From assembly GCA_049999805.1 (NCBI GenBank), contig JBNGIO010006379.1, positions 775,414 through 839,413 on the forward strand: a stretch of DNA of 64,000 bases, given 5' to 3'. The stretch comes from Folioceros fuciformis (lineage: Eukaryota). The position numbers and the translations under genes were made by a program. This document shows positions 25,060 to 35,593 of this stretch, piece by piece; position 1 is the stretch's first letter; each line of letters starts with the position of its first letter. The notes beneath the pieces are model-generated. The model did no database searches. It had not been told where the DNA came from and saw only the letters and a program-made list of their open reading frames with translations.

Positions 25060-25791
25060 TACTTCGTGTGTACCAATAGCTCCTGCGCCAAAAGGGACCC
25101 AGAATAAACGAGAAACCGTACCCGTACGGTCTCCATATGGCCCGGAATCGGGCCTTCCATGGGGCCCGCCGCCGGTAGCGGCTGCCTCCCGACGGAGGTA
25201 TAGGACACTCGGGCAGTGGGTTCGGAGCGTTCCTCCCAAATTAAGACAAAGTTAGGGCAAGGGAGGGTCGGTAAGGACTGCCTTTCCTCGTTAGGAGTCC
25301 GCTTCGCGCATGTAGGCTGCGCAAATATCTCTGATGTGTGCTCTGCTTCTGGCTCCTGATGCACGTATCCATGTCAGTCGATTGCGGACAGGTGATTCCA
25401 AACGAGGGAAGGCTGTGTCACGTACACACGGTACTGCTGGAGCACAAGGACTCCTGCACACGGTGAGAAGAACTTGAGATTCCTCGACTGTCCGGTGCAG
25501 GGACTGTGCGGCTTCTGTTGCTCTGTATCTCTGCACTCCAGATGCCTCGGAGCCTACTTGTAGCCTCGGATCCGTAAGCATCTTGCTTCCTGGTAAGCAG
25601 GCTAGTTGTGGCTAGGCAAGAATTTTTGGACTGTTTATGTGAAAGCAGTGACTGTAAGTTAGTTGACGTGGCCAATGAGCCAAGACACTGAGCGTGGGGG
25701 GATGCGATTCTGAGAGGAGCTTGTGATGTTGTCGTTTCGCTTGCTCGTAGTTTTGTGAGTATGTAGCAGCAGGCAAGAGAAGCCAGCAGAC

Positions 25792-27429
25792 ATGGCATTG
25801 CCTGTGGAGTGCTGGGCCGTGCTTGCTGCTGCTGCTGCTGCTCTTGTGGTGTGGTCGTACCTGGTGTGGAAGGATCACGCTCGGTACGGGAAGAATAGGG
25901 GCCCAGTGCTGTACCCTCTGCTGGGCTGTGTGTTGGAGTTTTTCCAAAACAAGGACAGAATACTGGACTGGGTTACGGATTTCCTGATCCGAGATCCCAC
26001 CCACACGATTAGAAGTGCAAGGCCGGGAATCAGCGCCGCCATTGTCACTGCCAATCCCAGCAATGTGGAGCACATGCTGCGCAAGAACTTCGAGAATTAT
26101 CCGAAGGGAAACGACATGGGCGAGGTGCTGGAAGACCTGTTAGGGAAAGGCATCTTCAACGCCGACGGGCACTTGTGGCGGGTGCAGAGGAAGGTTGCCA
26201 GCTACGAGTTCACCACCCGGTCGCTGCGGGAGCTGGTTTGCGATACTCTGCAGGAGGAGACTCGGACGCGGTTGCTTCCCTTTCTGGAGGAGGCTGCTGC
26301 ATCCGGCTTGGTTTTCGACCTGCAGAGCATGCTCTTGCGCTTCTCCTTCGATACCATCTGCAAAATTGCGTTCGGAGTGGACCCCGGGTGCCTGGAGCCT
26401 TCCTTCAGTGCGGACTCTTCTGCGCCCACTGCGAGGTTCGCACAGGCCTTCGACACGGCCACTAGGCTGACGACGGACAGATTCTGGACCCTGGCACCCG
26501 CTGTCTGGAAGGTGAAGCGGGCTCTCAACGTCGGGTCGGAGAGGCGGCTCCGGGAAGCTGTGGCCCAAGTGCATGATTTCGCCATATCGGTGATCCGACA
26601 GAGAAGGAAGGAGTTTGCCTTAGCACCGCAGCAGGACGGCGTGGGCAGCAACCACCTGGATCTGCTGTCACGGTTCATGCGTCTCTTGGATTCCCAGTCG
26701 TCGGAGAATTTCTCGGAGCTGGAGAGTGTGTGGTCAGAGCAGGGGGCTGCACGGCCAGGGAGGAAAAACTTTATCGATGAGTTCCTCAGAGACATTGTCA
26801 TCAGCTTCTTTCTGGCTGGGAGGGACACGTCGTCCGTGAGTCTGTCGTGGTTCTTCTGGACGCTTTCCCATCACCCCGAAGCGGAGAGAGCCATCTATGA
26901 GGAGGTTGTGGGCGTCGTGCGAGCGAGGAAGGAGGTTTCCGCATCCTTCTCGTACGACGAGCTGAAATCCATGCAATACTTGACCGCAGCCATATCGGAG
27001 TCTCTCCGACTCCACCCACCTGTGCCTGTAGACGCCAAGATCGCTCTGGAGGACGATGTCTTCCCTGACGGAACCCTTGTTCCTAGGGGAGCCAGGGTGG
27101 CGTACCTCCCTTACGCCATGGGCAGGATGGAGAGCATCTGGGGCCCTGACTGCACGCAGTTCAAGCCAGAGAGGTGGCTCAAGGACGGAGAGTATCAAAT
27201 CGAGAGCTCCTTCAAGTTTCCTGTCTTCCAGGCAGGGCCCCGCATCTGCCTAGGGAAAGACATGGCGATGGTGCAGATGAAGTATGTGGCTGCTTCCTTT
27301 ATCCAGAACTTCACTTTCACCGTGACCCCTGGTTTCAAACCTGTTTATAAGCTGGCCCTGACCATGCCCATGAAGCACGGGTTTCCTGTGACTGTGAGCC
27401 GCAGGCAACAAGGTGCCGATTCCCTGTGA
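25792..27429 (+). CDS. Cytochrome P450, CYP86 clan, CYP94-like (copy 2), intronless
   Basis: Same length and motifs as copy 1 and nearly identical over most of its length. Confidence 0.93.
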   Translation: MALPVECWAVLAAAAAALVVWSYLVWKDHARYGKNRGPVLYPLLGCVLEFFQNKDRILDWVTDFLIRDPTHTIRSARPGISAAIVTANPSNVEHMLRKNFENYPKGNDMGEVLEDLLGKGIFNADGHLWRVQRKVASYEFTTRSLRELVCDTLQEETRTRLLPFLEEAAASGLVFDLQSMLLRFSFDTICKIAFGVDPGCLEPSFSADSSAPTARFAQAFDTATRLTTDRFWTLAPAVWKVKRALNVGSERRLREAVAQVHDFAISVIRQRRKEFALAPQQDGVGSNHLDLLSRFMRLLDSQSSENFSELESVWSEQGAARPGRKNFIDEFLRDIVISFFLAGRDTSSVSLSWFFWTLSHHPEAERAIYEEVVGVVRARKEVSASFSYDELKSMQYLTAAISESLRLHPPVPVDAKIALEDDVFPDGTLVPRGARVAYLPYAMGRMESIWGPDCTQFKPERWLKDGEYQIESSFKFPVFQAGPRICLGKDMAMVQMKYVAASFIQNFTFTVTPGFKPVYKLALTMPMKHGFPVTVSRRQQGADSL

Positions 27430-28174
27430 GTAGTGAATCCCTGTGAGCACCGAGTATATTCTTGTAGGAGAATCTGGCCAAGAAACTGGTGATCCTTATG
27501 GGAGGATCATAATTCTGCTCACGGCCTACACTTCTGCAACAAGTTACTGGAATGCCTCTGGGTAGCTCTGGATTCGAACTTTTGCGCACAGTGCTCTCCG
27601 TCAAAGAGCTTCATCAGAAGCGAGCACGCATTTTGCTGAGCACCTTGGATGAAAGCTGGTGGGGCGGCGTCTGAGATTCTGTGCATTTTATTCCAAGATA
27701 CCATTTCAAGAGTAACTATGTGACCTGGTCTCCTTCCTTTCTGAAGTCTGGGATAAGGAACTTTGGGGGTGCGTGAGTATCATTCCTGTCTGCCTTGTGT
27801 CCTGATTACCGAATAATCCCGTTGCTGCATCAACAGCCTTGGTATGCCAGACTTGCCCCGGCGGGATATGCCTCGCACACGGCAAAGTTCAGCTCATCGC
27901 CATCTAAGGCAATGACGGTCGCCGTGAATGAAGACGAAAAAGAGCATTCACAGTGAGCTTGGGCGAAGTCGAAAATCACAACCAAAAGATCCCCTAAACT
28001 TTGACTAGCGTATTACTTGTGTAGAAAAAGAAATCCTCCTCAGCGCCCACCACAGTATCAGAAATCCTGTGATCTACCTGCGGGCATAATCCATCTCGGA
28101 ATAGCAAGCCACCTGTTGAAATGCTGGGCTGGGATCTGGAAAGGTCCCCTATGTCTTTGTAATATTGCGAAATT

Positions 28175-29798
28175 TCACTGGATATGCATTTGCGTCCTGA
28201 GCGAAAACCCAGCAAGAGAAAGTGCCTCCTCAGCTATAACTGCTGCAGCATTTGGAGAAGCCGCATTCCCTGCCTTCTCCGCCATTGCTCTCAGTCCAGT
28301 TTCATCTTCTGGGAAATGATCAGGTCAAAGGATTAAATTCGAGACGGACGAAAGTAGTGCTGCCGTGCATGATTCATGCAGCCGTGTCCTGGTTCAGACA
28401 CATGCGATTCTAAGCTCGTACCTAGAGAGTCGAGTATCAAAGCGGTCAAAGCACGTGGATCTAGTTCTGTTTCCGGCAAAAGCTTAGCCGCTCCAGCTGC
28501 CACCATAGCCACTGCATTATTCATCTGATGATTCTCCGCGACAGTTGGGGAAGGGATCTGTTAAGAGGCTGCGATTAGAAACATATTTGCTGTGACAGAT
28601 AATGAGACTTCCCTCTTCTTGGCCAAAAGCTTGAAGACAGGGAGTGAAATGGTGTACCAGGATGCTTGGCTTTGCCGTCACGAGCAGTTCACTGCAGGTT
28701 ATGGCACCGGCTCGGGCCACAACAAGATCCGCTGCGGCATATGCCAAATCCATGCGATCCAGGTACCTGGATGCGACGCCAGGAAGGTTACAGAGGTCTC
28801 CGTGCCCAGCTTGGATGAGACGACGACGACAGAGAAGATTTCATCACCTAAAACAGTGTTGTTACTTACGGGAACACCGCCAGACGAGGATGGCTCTCAA
28901 CCAAGCTCAACATGTCGTCAAAATGCTTTGGCCCGGTCTGCCATATAATGCACACACCTGCATGAGCAACCAGCAAGTGCCTTGCCATGCCTGCCACTGC
29001 CAGGTTTATTGGCCGGGCCCCCAGAGAGCCACCGAGCACCAGCACCACCTTGCCCACCTTGCCTGCCTCCACCTGAAGCCCACCAGCAGGGCTACCCTCA
29101 GCTCCGCCTGTGAAAAACTGCACAGCTTCGTGCTTGGGAGTGTGTGTTCGAAGGGCTGCCCTTGTGGGATTGCCTCGAACACGGCATTTGCCCTCGGGAA
29201 AGAAGGCGATTGCAGCAACAAAAGCCAGGAACACCACTTTCACAAACCTGCCAAGAATGCGGTTGGTGATTCCGGCATACGCATTCTGCTCCTGAATTGC
29301 AACAGGGCAGCCTATCAGTGCCGCGACTAAGCACACAGGGCCTGCCACGTACCCACCTGTGCCTATCACAAGCTGGGGTCTGAAAGCGCGCAGAATTCTC
29401 CAGCACTGCAAGATGGAATAGAGGAGCTTTCCCGGAAGCAGCAGATTGGAGGGAGACCAGAAAGGCCGCCGGATGCCCGCTGCTGGGATGGATTGAATGA
29501 CGTATCCTGCCCGAGGCACAGCTGCCCACTCCATCCGATCCTTGGTGCCCACGAAACGGATATCGGCCTCGGGTGCCAGCCTGCACAGCTCATCAGCGAT
29601 GGCGACGGCTGGGTAGACATGCCCGCCTGTCCCCCCTGCTGCAAACAGCACTCTCAAGCGCCCCATTCCGTCACAGCATGCCGTCGCGTTGATTGCAACA
29701 TATCTGCCGGCTCTTCTGGCTGGAAACAATGGCGTCCTGAGGTAGTCAGAAGGTGGCGAATACAAGTGCAAGAGGCTGCCATTGAGCAACCTCGTCAT
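28175..29798 (-). CDS. MURG: MurG, peptidoglycan lipid II GlcNAc transferase (GT28), plastid-targeted, 4 exons
   Basis: [64 protein letters not shown]-terminal transit-like extension; TGA at 28177-28175. Confidence 0.95.
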
Positions 29799-29862
29799 GT
29801 TCCCGTTTCAGCTACCAGTTCCGAAATCGGCGTGCGACACGGGCCTGGTCCCGTCCTGGACC

Positions 29863-29870
29863 TAGGGTTT
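29863..29870 (-). promoter_or_regulatory. Telo-box in the MurG/GNAT divergent promoter
   Basis: TAGGGTTT is the reverse complement of AAACCCTA and lies between the head-to-head ATGs at 29798 and 29946. Confidence 0.4.
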
Positions 29871-29945
29871 TAGCGTTCAGGGTTTAAGGAATGAGCTGAG
29901 CGTCTGATGCTGGGTTCCTGGTGAGGAATTTGGAGGACGGAGAGG

Positions 29946-32021
29946 ATGTTGAGGCGGGCAGGTAGTGCCCTGGCATCTCAATTATTTCGGAGACAATCGG
30001 AATCCATCCTCAGACTGTCTGCAGCATCTCGATCATTGGCCAGGCTTCGAGCAGGTACAGTTTTGGGAGCCTGCTGGTGTTCGCGTTGCATTGCTCGGTT
30101 GGATGCTCATGTAGGGAGGTTCTCACAGAGCAACCGTGCAGGTGCCGGTTATGGTGCAGGTGGTGACGTTTGCACACCTTGGAGGGCGGTGGATCGAGGA
30201 ATTGCAGCTTCCTCTGTGATAGCGAGCAGGGCCTCTGCATTTCAGGAACTCTCGGAGCCTGAAACTGTAGTTGTTGAGGCATTCGAGAAGGTTGCACATC
30301 AGGATGAGGCGTTGGCGGGAAAAATTGCTGCACAGGTTGAGAGGAGAAAGAATGGGTCACAGGTACTGTACGTGAAGTCTTTGACAGTCGACCCCGCCCA
30401 TCGACGACAGGGATTTGGTAGGTTGTCATTCGTAGTCTCAACTTGTTTCAGATTTTGTGGCATTGTGTTGACAACGTTGCACCTTTTTCGCAGGTTCTTC
30501 GCTGATGAAGGACGTCCTGGAGCTTGCTGCGAGAGAGTACAATGCTGTGGAAGCATACTTACTTCTTCCCACAGACGATGCTGCAGCTGTAGCTTTTTGT
30601 GAAAAGCATGGTTTTACAATCTCAGAACGGCTTCGGAATTTTCACTACAAGCCTGGAGCTCCGGATTGTTACGTACTCCAGAAGAGAATACAGTCTGGTT
30701 GACACTCCAATGCCTCCTGTTTGCATCCGCTGGCACTACTTCATATTTGTCATTTTCGTGGAATCTTCGTGGTGTGAGCAACTATTTGCTTTCTCCGGTT
30801 CTAATTTGTGGAACGGGAGCATGCAGATCCTAGTGATACCGAAGAGCCGTCGCAGTCTGGGAGCTCTTTGATTGCAGAATACGAGAAGGAAGCTCGTGAC
30901 GGCGATATCTTGGCCGGGTCGATTGTAGGTCAGGTTCAGAGGAAGAAGGATGGGTTGCATCTGTATTTCAAGTCCTTGACCGTTGGTCCGGGATATCAAA
31001 GACGAGGAGTTGGTAACATGATGCTTTGAACCTGCTGCTATTCCTATGTTTCAACTGTTTCACCCTTTTGTTCGTGGCAGTTTGCCCGGTGAAGTGATGA
31101 TCATGTCCAGGGCTAAATTCGCTTTGTCCAGGTACGTCACTCATGGAGAGCTGTCTGGAGGCTGCTTCTGGGGATCATCAAATTGTGGAAGCCCACATGC
31201 ACGTGCCAACCAACGATTCTAGAGCCATAGCCTTCTGTGAGAAATCTGGTTTCACCATTACAGACAGGATTCGGAATTATTACACAAGAAGTCACAAAAA
31301 TTTCCAGAGTCCAGATTGCTATGTATTCTCGAAGAAACCTCAACCAGGTCAGCTCCTCCTGTCCGTACTTGTGCATTTTTCGGATGCTGTCTGTGACGGT
31401 TGCTTCCGATGCGTGTGCTGACGGGCCACTGAATACCTGCAGACGGAAGATGGTTGACCTCCGAGAATGAAGAGGAAGATACTGACACTGATGAGCCATC
31501 CGAGACAACGCCTGCAACCAGCCTTGAAAATATCAATCAGGAGTTGTTGGAGCCTGTTCAAGTTGTAGCCGAATTTCAGAAGGATGCGGGCGATGGGACA
31601 AACGTGGCGGGATCAGTTCTTTGCCAGGTTGTGAAGAAGAAGGATCACTGGCTCCATCTCTACATCCAGTCCATCGTTATCTCCCCAGCTTATCGGAGAC
31701 AAACAATTGGTACTCCACGAACGACTCGTGAGCTCTATCGCGTACACGATTCCAGGTTCTCAACATGCTGGCTAACTTCAAAACGTCGTGGATAAATCTG
31801 ATGCAACAGGATCCCAACTGGTCAAGCACTGTGTGGACTTCGCTCAGCATAAGTTTGGGGTTGTGGAAGCATATCTATATGTTCCAACCAGCAACCAAGC
31901 GGCTATGGCCTTCTGTGAGAGACTCGGTTTCACCATCAAGGAAAGATTACGTAACTTCTACATAGGAAGCGAGAGCTCCGACTCCTATGTTTATTCAAAG
32001 AGACTAGTGGAACAGGTTTGA
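29946..32021 (+). CDS. Protein with three tandem GNAT (NAA50/RimI-like) N-acetyltransferase domains, multi-exon
   Basis: Three repeats of LY.KSL.V.P.(H/Y)RR.G.G / VEA.L.VPT....A.AFCE..GFTI..R.RN.Y......D.YV..K, joined by phase-compatible GT-AG introns. Confidence 0.78.
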
Positions 32022-32908
32022 GACTCAAAAGATACAGCATGTACCTGCCGGTGTTTCTCCTTTTCTTGACCATCTCATGCTACTGAGAACTCTGCCTGTC
32101 ATCATATTTTTCCTCACAATTTTGAGTGGGGCAGACTGAACAGGCGAGAGATGGGTCTTGGGGTAACGAATGATCGTGAGCATGAGATGTCGTCAGCCGT
32201 TCTTTAGTCCGCACAGTCGTTTGGTGCCATAGGTTTTGCTCTCTCCTTCTGAATCCGAGATTGCTTATGGTGACTGCATGACGTAGTCACAGTGGCAGTG
32301 GTACATAGTTTATAGCTGACAGATGGAGGAGTCTGAGAGGAGGTGTCAGACACCTCCTAAGGAGAACTCTAAACCCTAAGGAGAACTCGAGACAATTTGG
32401 ATACTGCACGGAGGCGGACACCGACCTCCGTCCCACGGATCTCGGTTCTAATGCCCATTCCATGGCCACGACCCTCGTACCCTATGCTTGCCCTGACAAT
32501 TTCGAAAACTGTGGCCCCACTAAAAACATCTGAGAGTACTAAATCCTTACATTTAACATATGTACGTATGTACATGAAAGATAACTATCCACTTCTTCGA
32601 AATGCCATAACCATATGTACTAGGGTTCTCCAAAGTCCGAAGTTTCGTTTCGTAACGATGTATGTAGGTATCGTCTCCAGTCTCCAGCCTGACCTTTTAC
32701 TGGCCTTCCTTCAGGGTATGTGGGGTTTATCTCATCTTAGCTGCTTCTGGAATTAACCCCTCAACCCACCGGGCAAAGACGGCTCGTTTTTGGTCCCAAC
32801 ACCCTGAATCCTGCTGCCTGGTTCCTGCCCTGAAGGGTGAACGACTGACGTGCTTGGATTCCCTCCACCAGCACTGTGGCTGTTTGTCGCAGTTGGAGGC
32901 CTGGAACA

Positions 32909-35374
32909 ATGGTGCAAGTGAAGGGCAGGAAGAGGAGACGAAGCATGCCAGCCAGTAGTGACAAGGAGAGGAAGAAGCTGTTCTGGGAGGATGATTTAGG
33001 TTGGCGAGATGTCACTCCCTCGGATTCCAAGGCTCTGCTAGTAGGCAGTGATGAGGGAGGTTTCATGTCGTTGGAGGAAATTGACGGGGAAGTCTTTGAT
33101 GGTGCTTCTGGACTCGACTTGGAGACGGTTGGGGGCGACGGACATTGGTCTGAGGTGGCGAAGAAGACGAGTAAGAAGAGGAAGAAAGTTGAAGTGAAGA
33201 ATGTCGTGGAAGATTTAGTGAGGACGAAGAGTGTGGCTAGGGCACGGAAGCTTGCCAAAGTATGTCAGATCCCTCCAACAGCAGTCGAGCAGGAGGCGGG
33301 TGAGGACGGTAGCGAAATTGACACAGTAGCTGGCGGGGTGCAAGGAGTATGCGGGCTCGAGGAGGGCGCACCTGCCGGGAAGCGGAGCAGGAAGAGTGTG
33401 ACCTTGGTGGAGGAAACTCCGGAGCTTCACTTGGATCTTTGGGCTTGGGCTCATTTGAGACTCCATCCTCTGCTGCAGAAGGCTATTGCAATGCTAGGGT
33501 TTAAGGAGCCGACTCCTATTCAGAATGCTTGCATCCCTGCCGCGGCACATCAGGGGAAAGATGTGATTGGAGCAGCAGAGACGGGGTCTGGAAAGACTCT
33601 TGCCTTTGGCATACCCATACTGCAGCGGCTTTTAGAGGAGCAAGAGAAGGCTCGTCGGCAGGATGCGGATGGGGTAGGGAAAGAAAAAACTGGCAAAAGT
33701 AGGTCTGGCTTCCTTCGCGCGCTCATCATCGCTCCAACTCGAGAACTTGCAATGCAGGTTTCCGATCATCTGAAAGCCGTTGCCAAATTCACGAATCTTA
33801 GAGTAGTACCTATTGTTGGAGGAATGTCTACTCAAAAGCAAGCGCGTATGATGACCCTGAAGCCGGACATCGTGGTTGGCACTCCCGGAAGGCTCTGGGA
33901 GCTTATGAGTGAGGGTGAGAGTCACCTTCTTGATCTCCGAGCCTTGTCCTTCTTTGTGCTGGATGAAGCTGACAGAATGGTAGAGAAGGGACATTTTCAG
34001 GAGCTGCAATCTATCATTGACTTGCTGCCGAAAGCTGACAAGTTGGGGCGCAAGGAGCGTAAAGAAGTTGAAACATCTGAAGCACTAGTAGGTGAGACCG
34101 AAGTCGACAATGGAGCAGCGGAAGATGGTCTCCACGTTGGGGTTCCTATTGAAGCTTCTATTAAGAGGAGGCAGACTATGGTCTTTTCAGCTACTCTTGC
34201 GTTGCCAGAGAATTTCAGGAAGAAGCTGAAGAGAGGTTTCCAGGCGCCAACCAGTAATGAATCATCTCTCTCGGCCCTTTCTGAACGGGCAGGAGTGAGG
34301 CACACTGCTGCCGTCGTGGACTTGACTTCGAAGACAGTGATGGCACAGCATCTTGAAGAATCTGTGTTGGAATGCAGGGATGATGAGAAGGATGCTTTCT
34401 TGTATTATGTGCTGAAGGTACATGGGTCTGGAAGAACAATTGTTTTTTGCACGTCGATTGCTGCTGTGCGACGTGTGTCAGCTATTCTCCGCCTTTTGCA
34501 ACTTCCTTTGTGGCCTCTTCATGCACAAATGCAGCAAAGGCAACGTTTGAAGGCAATGGACAGGTTTCGGGATTCTGAATATGGGATTCTGGTTGCAACT
34601 GATGTGGCTGCTCGTGGCCTGGACATTCCTGGAATACGAACTGTCATCCATTATCAGTTGCCTCATTCTGCCGAGATATATGTTCACCGAAGTGGGAGGA
34701 CTGCTAGGGCACAGACAGATGGGTGCAGCATCACTTTTGTTAGTCCGTCAGACCAGAGAAAGTATGCCGCCCTGTGCAAGTCACTGTCAAAGAAAGATGG
34801 GTTGGCAGCGTTTCCTATAAACTCTGATTATATGCCTGCTGTCGAAAGACGAGTGTCTCTGGCCACGCAGATTGACAAGCTATCTCGGAAAGTTGTCCAA
34901 GGGCAAGATCACAAGTCTTGGCTGGCGCGGAATGCTGAAGCCCTTGAACTGGATCTCGAAGAGGTGGATGAGGATTGGGGTGATGGAAGCAGCCATCCCA
35001 AAAGCAAAACTGGCAAGGACCATGCAGATTTGAAGAAGCTGCAGCAGGAGTTACAAGGTATATTGAAGCAGCCGTTACAGCCCAAGTCCTTCTCTCGTCG
35101 ATATGTGGCTGGGACCGGCATGTCCCCTCTTGTTGCTGCACAGTTGCAGCAGGTCGTTGGTGTGAAGGGGAACCATGTCAGCAATGCCAGAGATTCTTTC
35201 GTTGTAATTGGTGAGGAGGCAATGGAGCCTCTTCAGGCCTTCCGAAGGTCTGTGGAAGCGGTGGAACGCGGAGAAATTAAACCACTCAGGTCCGTGGTGA
35301 AGTCTAATTTACGGAACTCCAAGCCACAGCGACATTCGTCGAAAGGCAAGAAACAGAAGCAGGGTAGGAGGTGA
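32909..35374 (+). CDS. DEAD-box RNA helicase RH13/DDX24/MAK5-like, intronless
   Basis: Q motif GFKEPTPIQ, AETGSGKT, PTRELA, TPGR, DEAD, SAT, ARGLD and HRSGRTAR; N-terminal GFMSLEEID typical of DDX24/MAK5. Confidence 0.93.
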   Translation: MVQVKGRKRRRSMPASSDKERKKLFWEDDLGWRDVTPSDSKALLVGSDEGGFMSLEEIDGEVFDGASGLDLETVGGDGHWSEVAKKTSKKRKKVEVKNVVEDLVRTKSVARARKLAKVCQIPPTAVEQEAGEDGSEIDTVAGGVQGVCGLEEGAPAGKRSRKSVTLVEETPELHLDLWAWAHLRLHPLLQKAIAMLGFKEPTPIQNACIPAAAHQGKDVIGAAETGSGKTLAFGIPILQRLLEEQEKARRQDADGVGKEKTGKSRSGFLRALIIAPTRELAMQVSDHLKAVAKFTNLRVVPIVGGMSTQKQARMMTLKPDIVVGTPGRLWELMSEGESHLLDLRALSFFVLDEADRMVEKGHFQELQSIIDLLPKADKLGRKERKEVETSEALVGETEVDNGAAEDGLHVGVPIEASIKRRQTMVFSATLALPENFRKKLKRGFQAPTSNESSLSALSERAGVRHTAAVVDLTSKTVMAQHLEESVLECRDDEKDAFLYYVLKVHGSGRTIVFCTSIAAVRRVSAILRLLQLPLWPLHAQMQQRQRLKAMDRFRDSEYGILVATDVAARGLDIPGIRTVIHYQLPHSAEIYVHRSGRTARAQTDGCSITFVSPSDQRKYAALCKSLSKKDGLAAFPINSDYMPAVERRVSLATQIDKLSRKVVQGQDHKSWLARNAEALELDLEEVDEDWGDGSSHPKSKTGKDHADLKKLQQELQGILKQPLQPKSFSRRYVAGTGMSPLVAAQLQQVVGVKGNHVSNARDSFVVIGEEAMEPLQAFRRSVEAVERGEIKPLRSVVKSNLRNSKPQRHSSKGKKQKQGRR

Positions 35375-35593
35375 TGTACATGGTTACTGCATACGTAGCT
35401 CATGACACAGAAAAAAGCATGCTTCACTAGGTATTTACTTGCACCGACCTACGCGTCCACTGATCCGAACCTGCATGCACTGAGTAGCACACCAGGTGAG
35501 ACCACACGAAGGGTGTATGTTGGCGGATTTGTGATGGGCTGAGTGGCGAGGAGCCCCAGTCTGGGAGAACCAAGTTTCCCTCGCACTTTTTGC

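Noticed and set aside
28175-29798. MurG as bacterial contamination
   Set aside because: It has spliceosomal introns and a transit-like extension and sits among plant genes.
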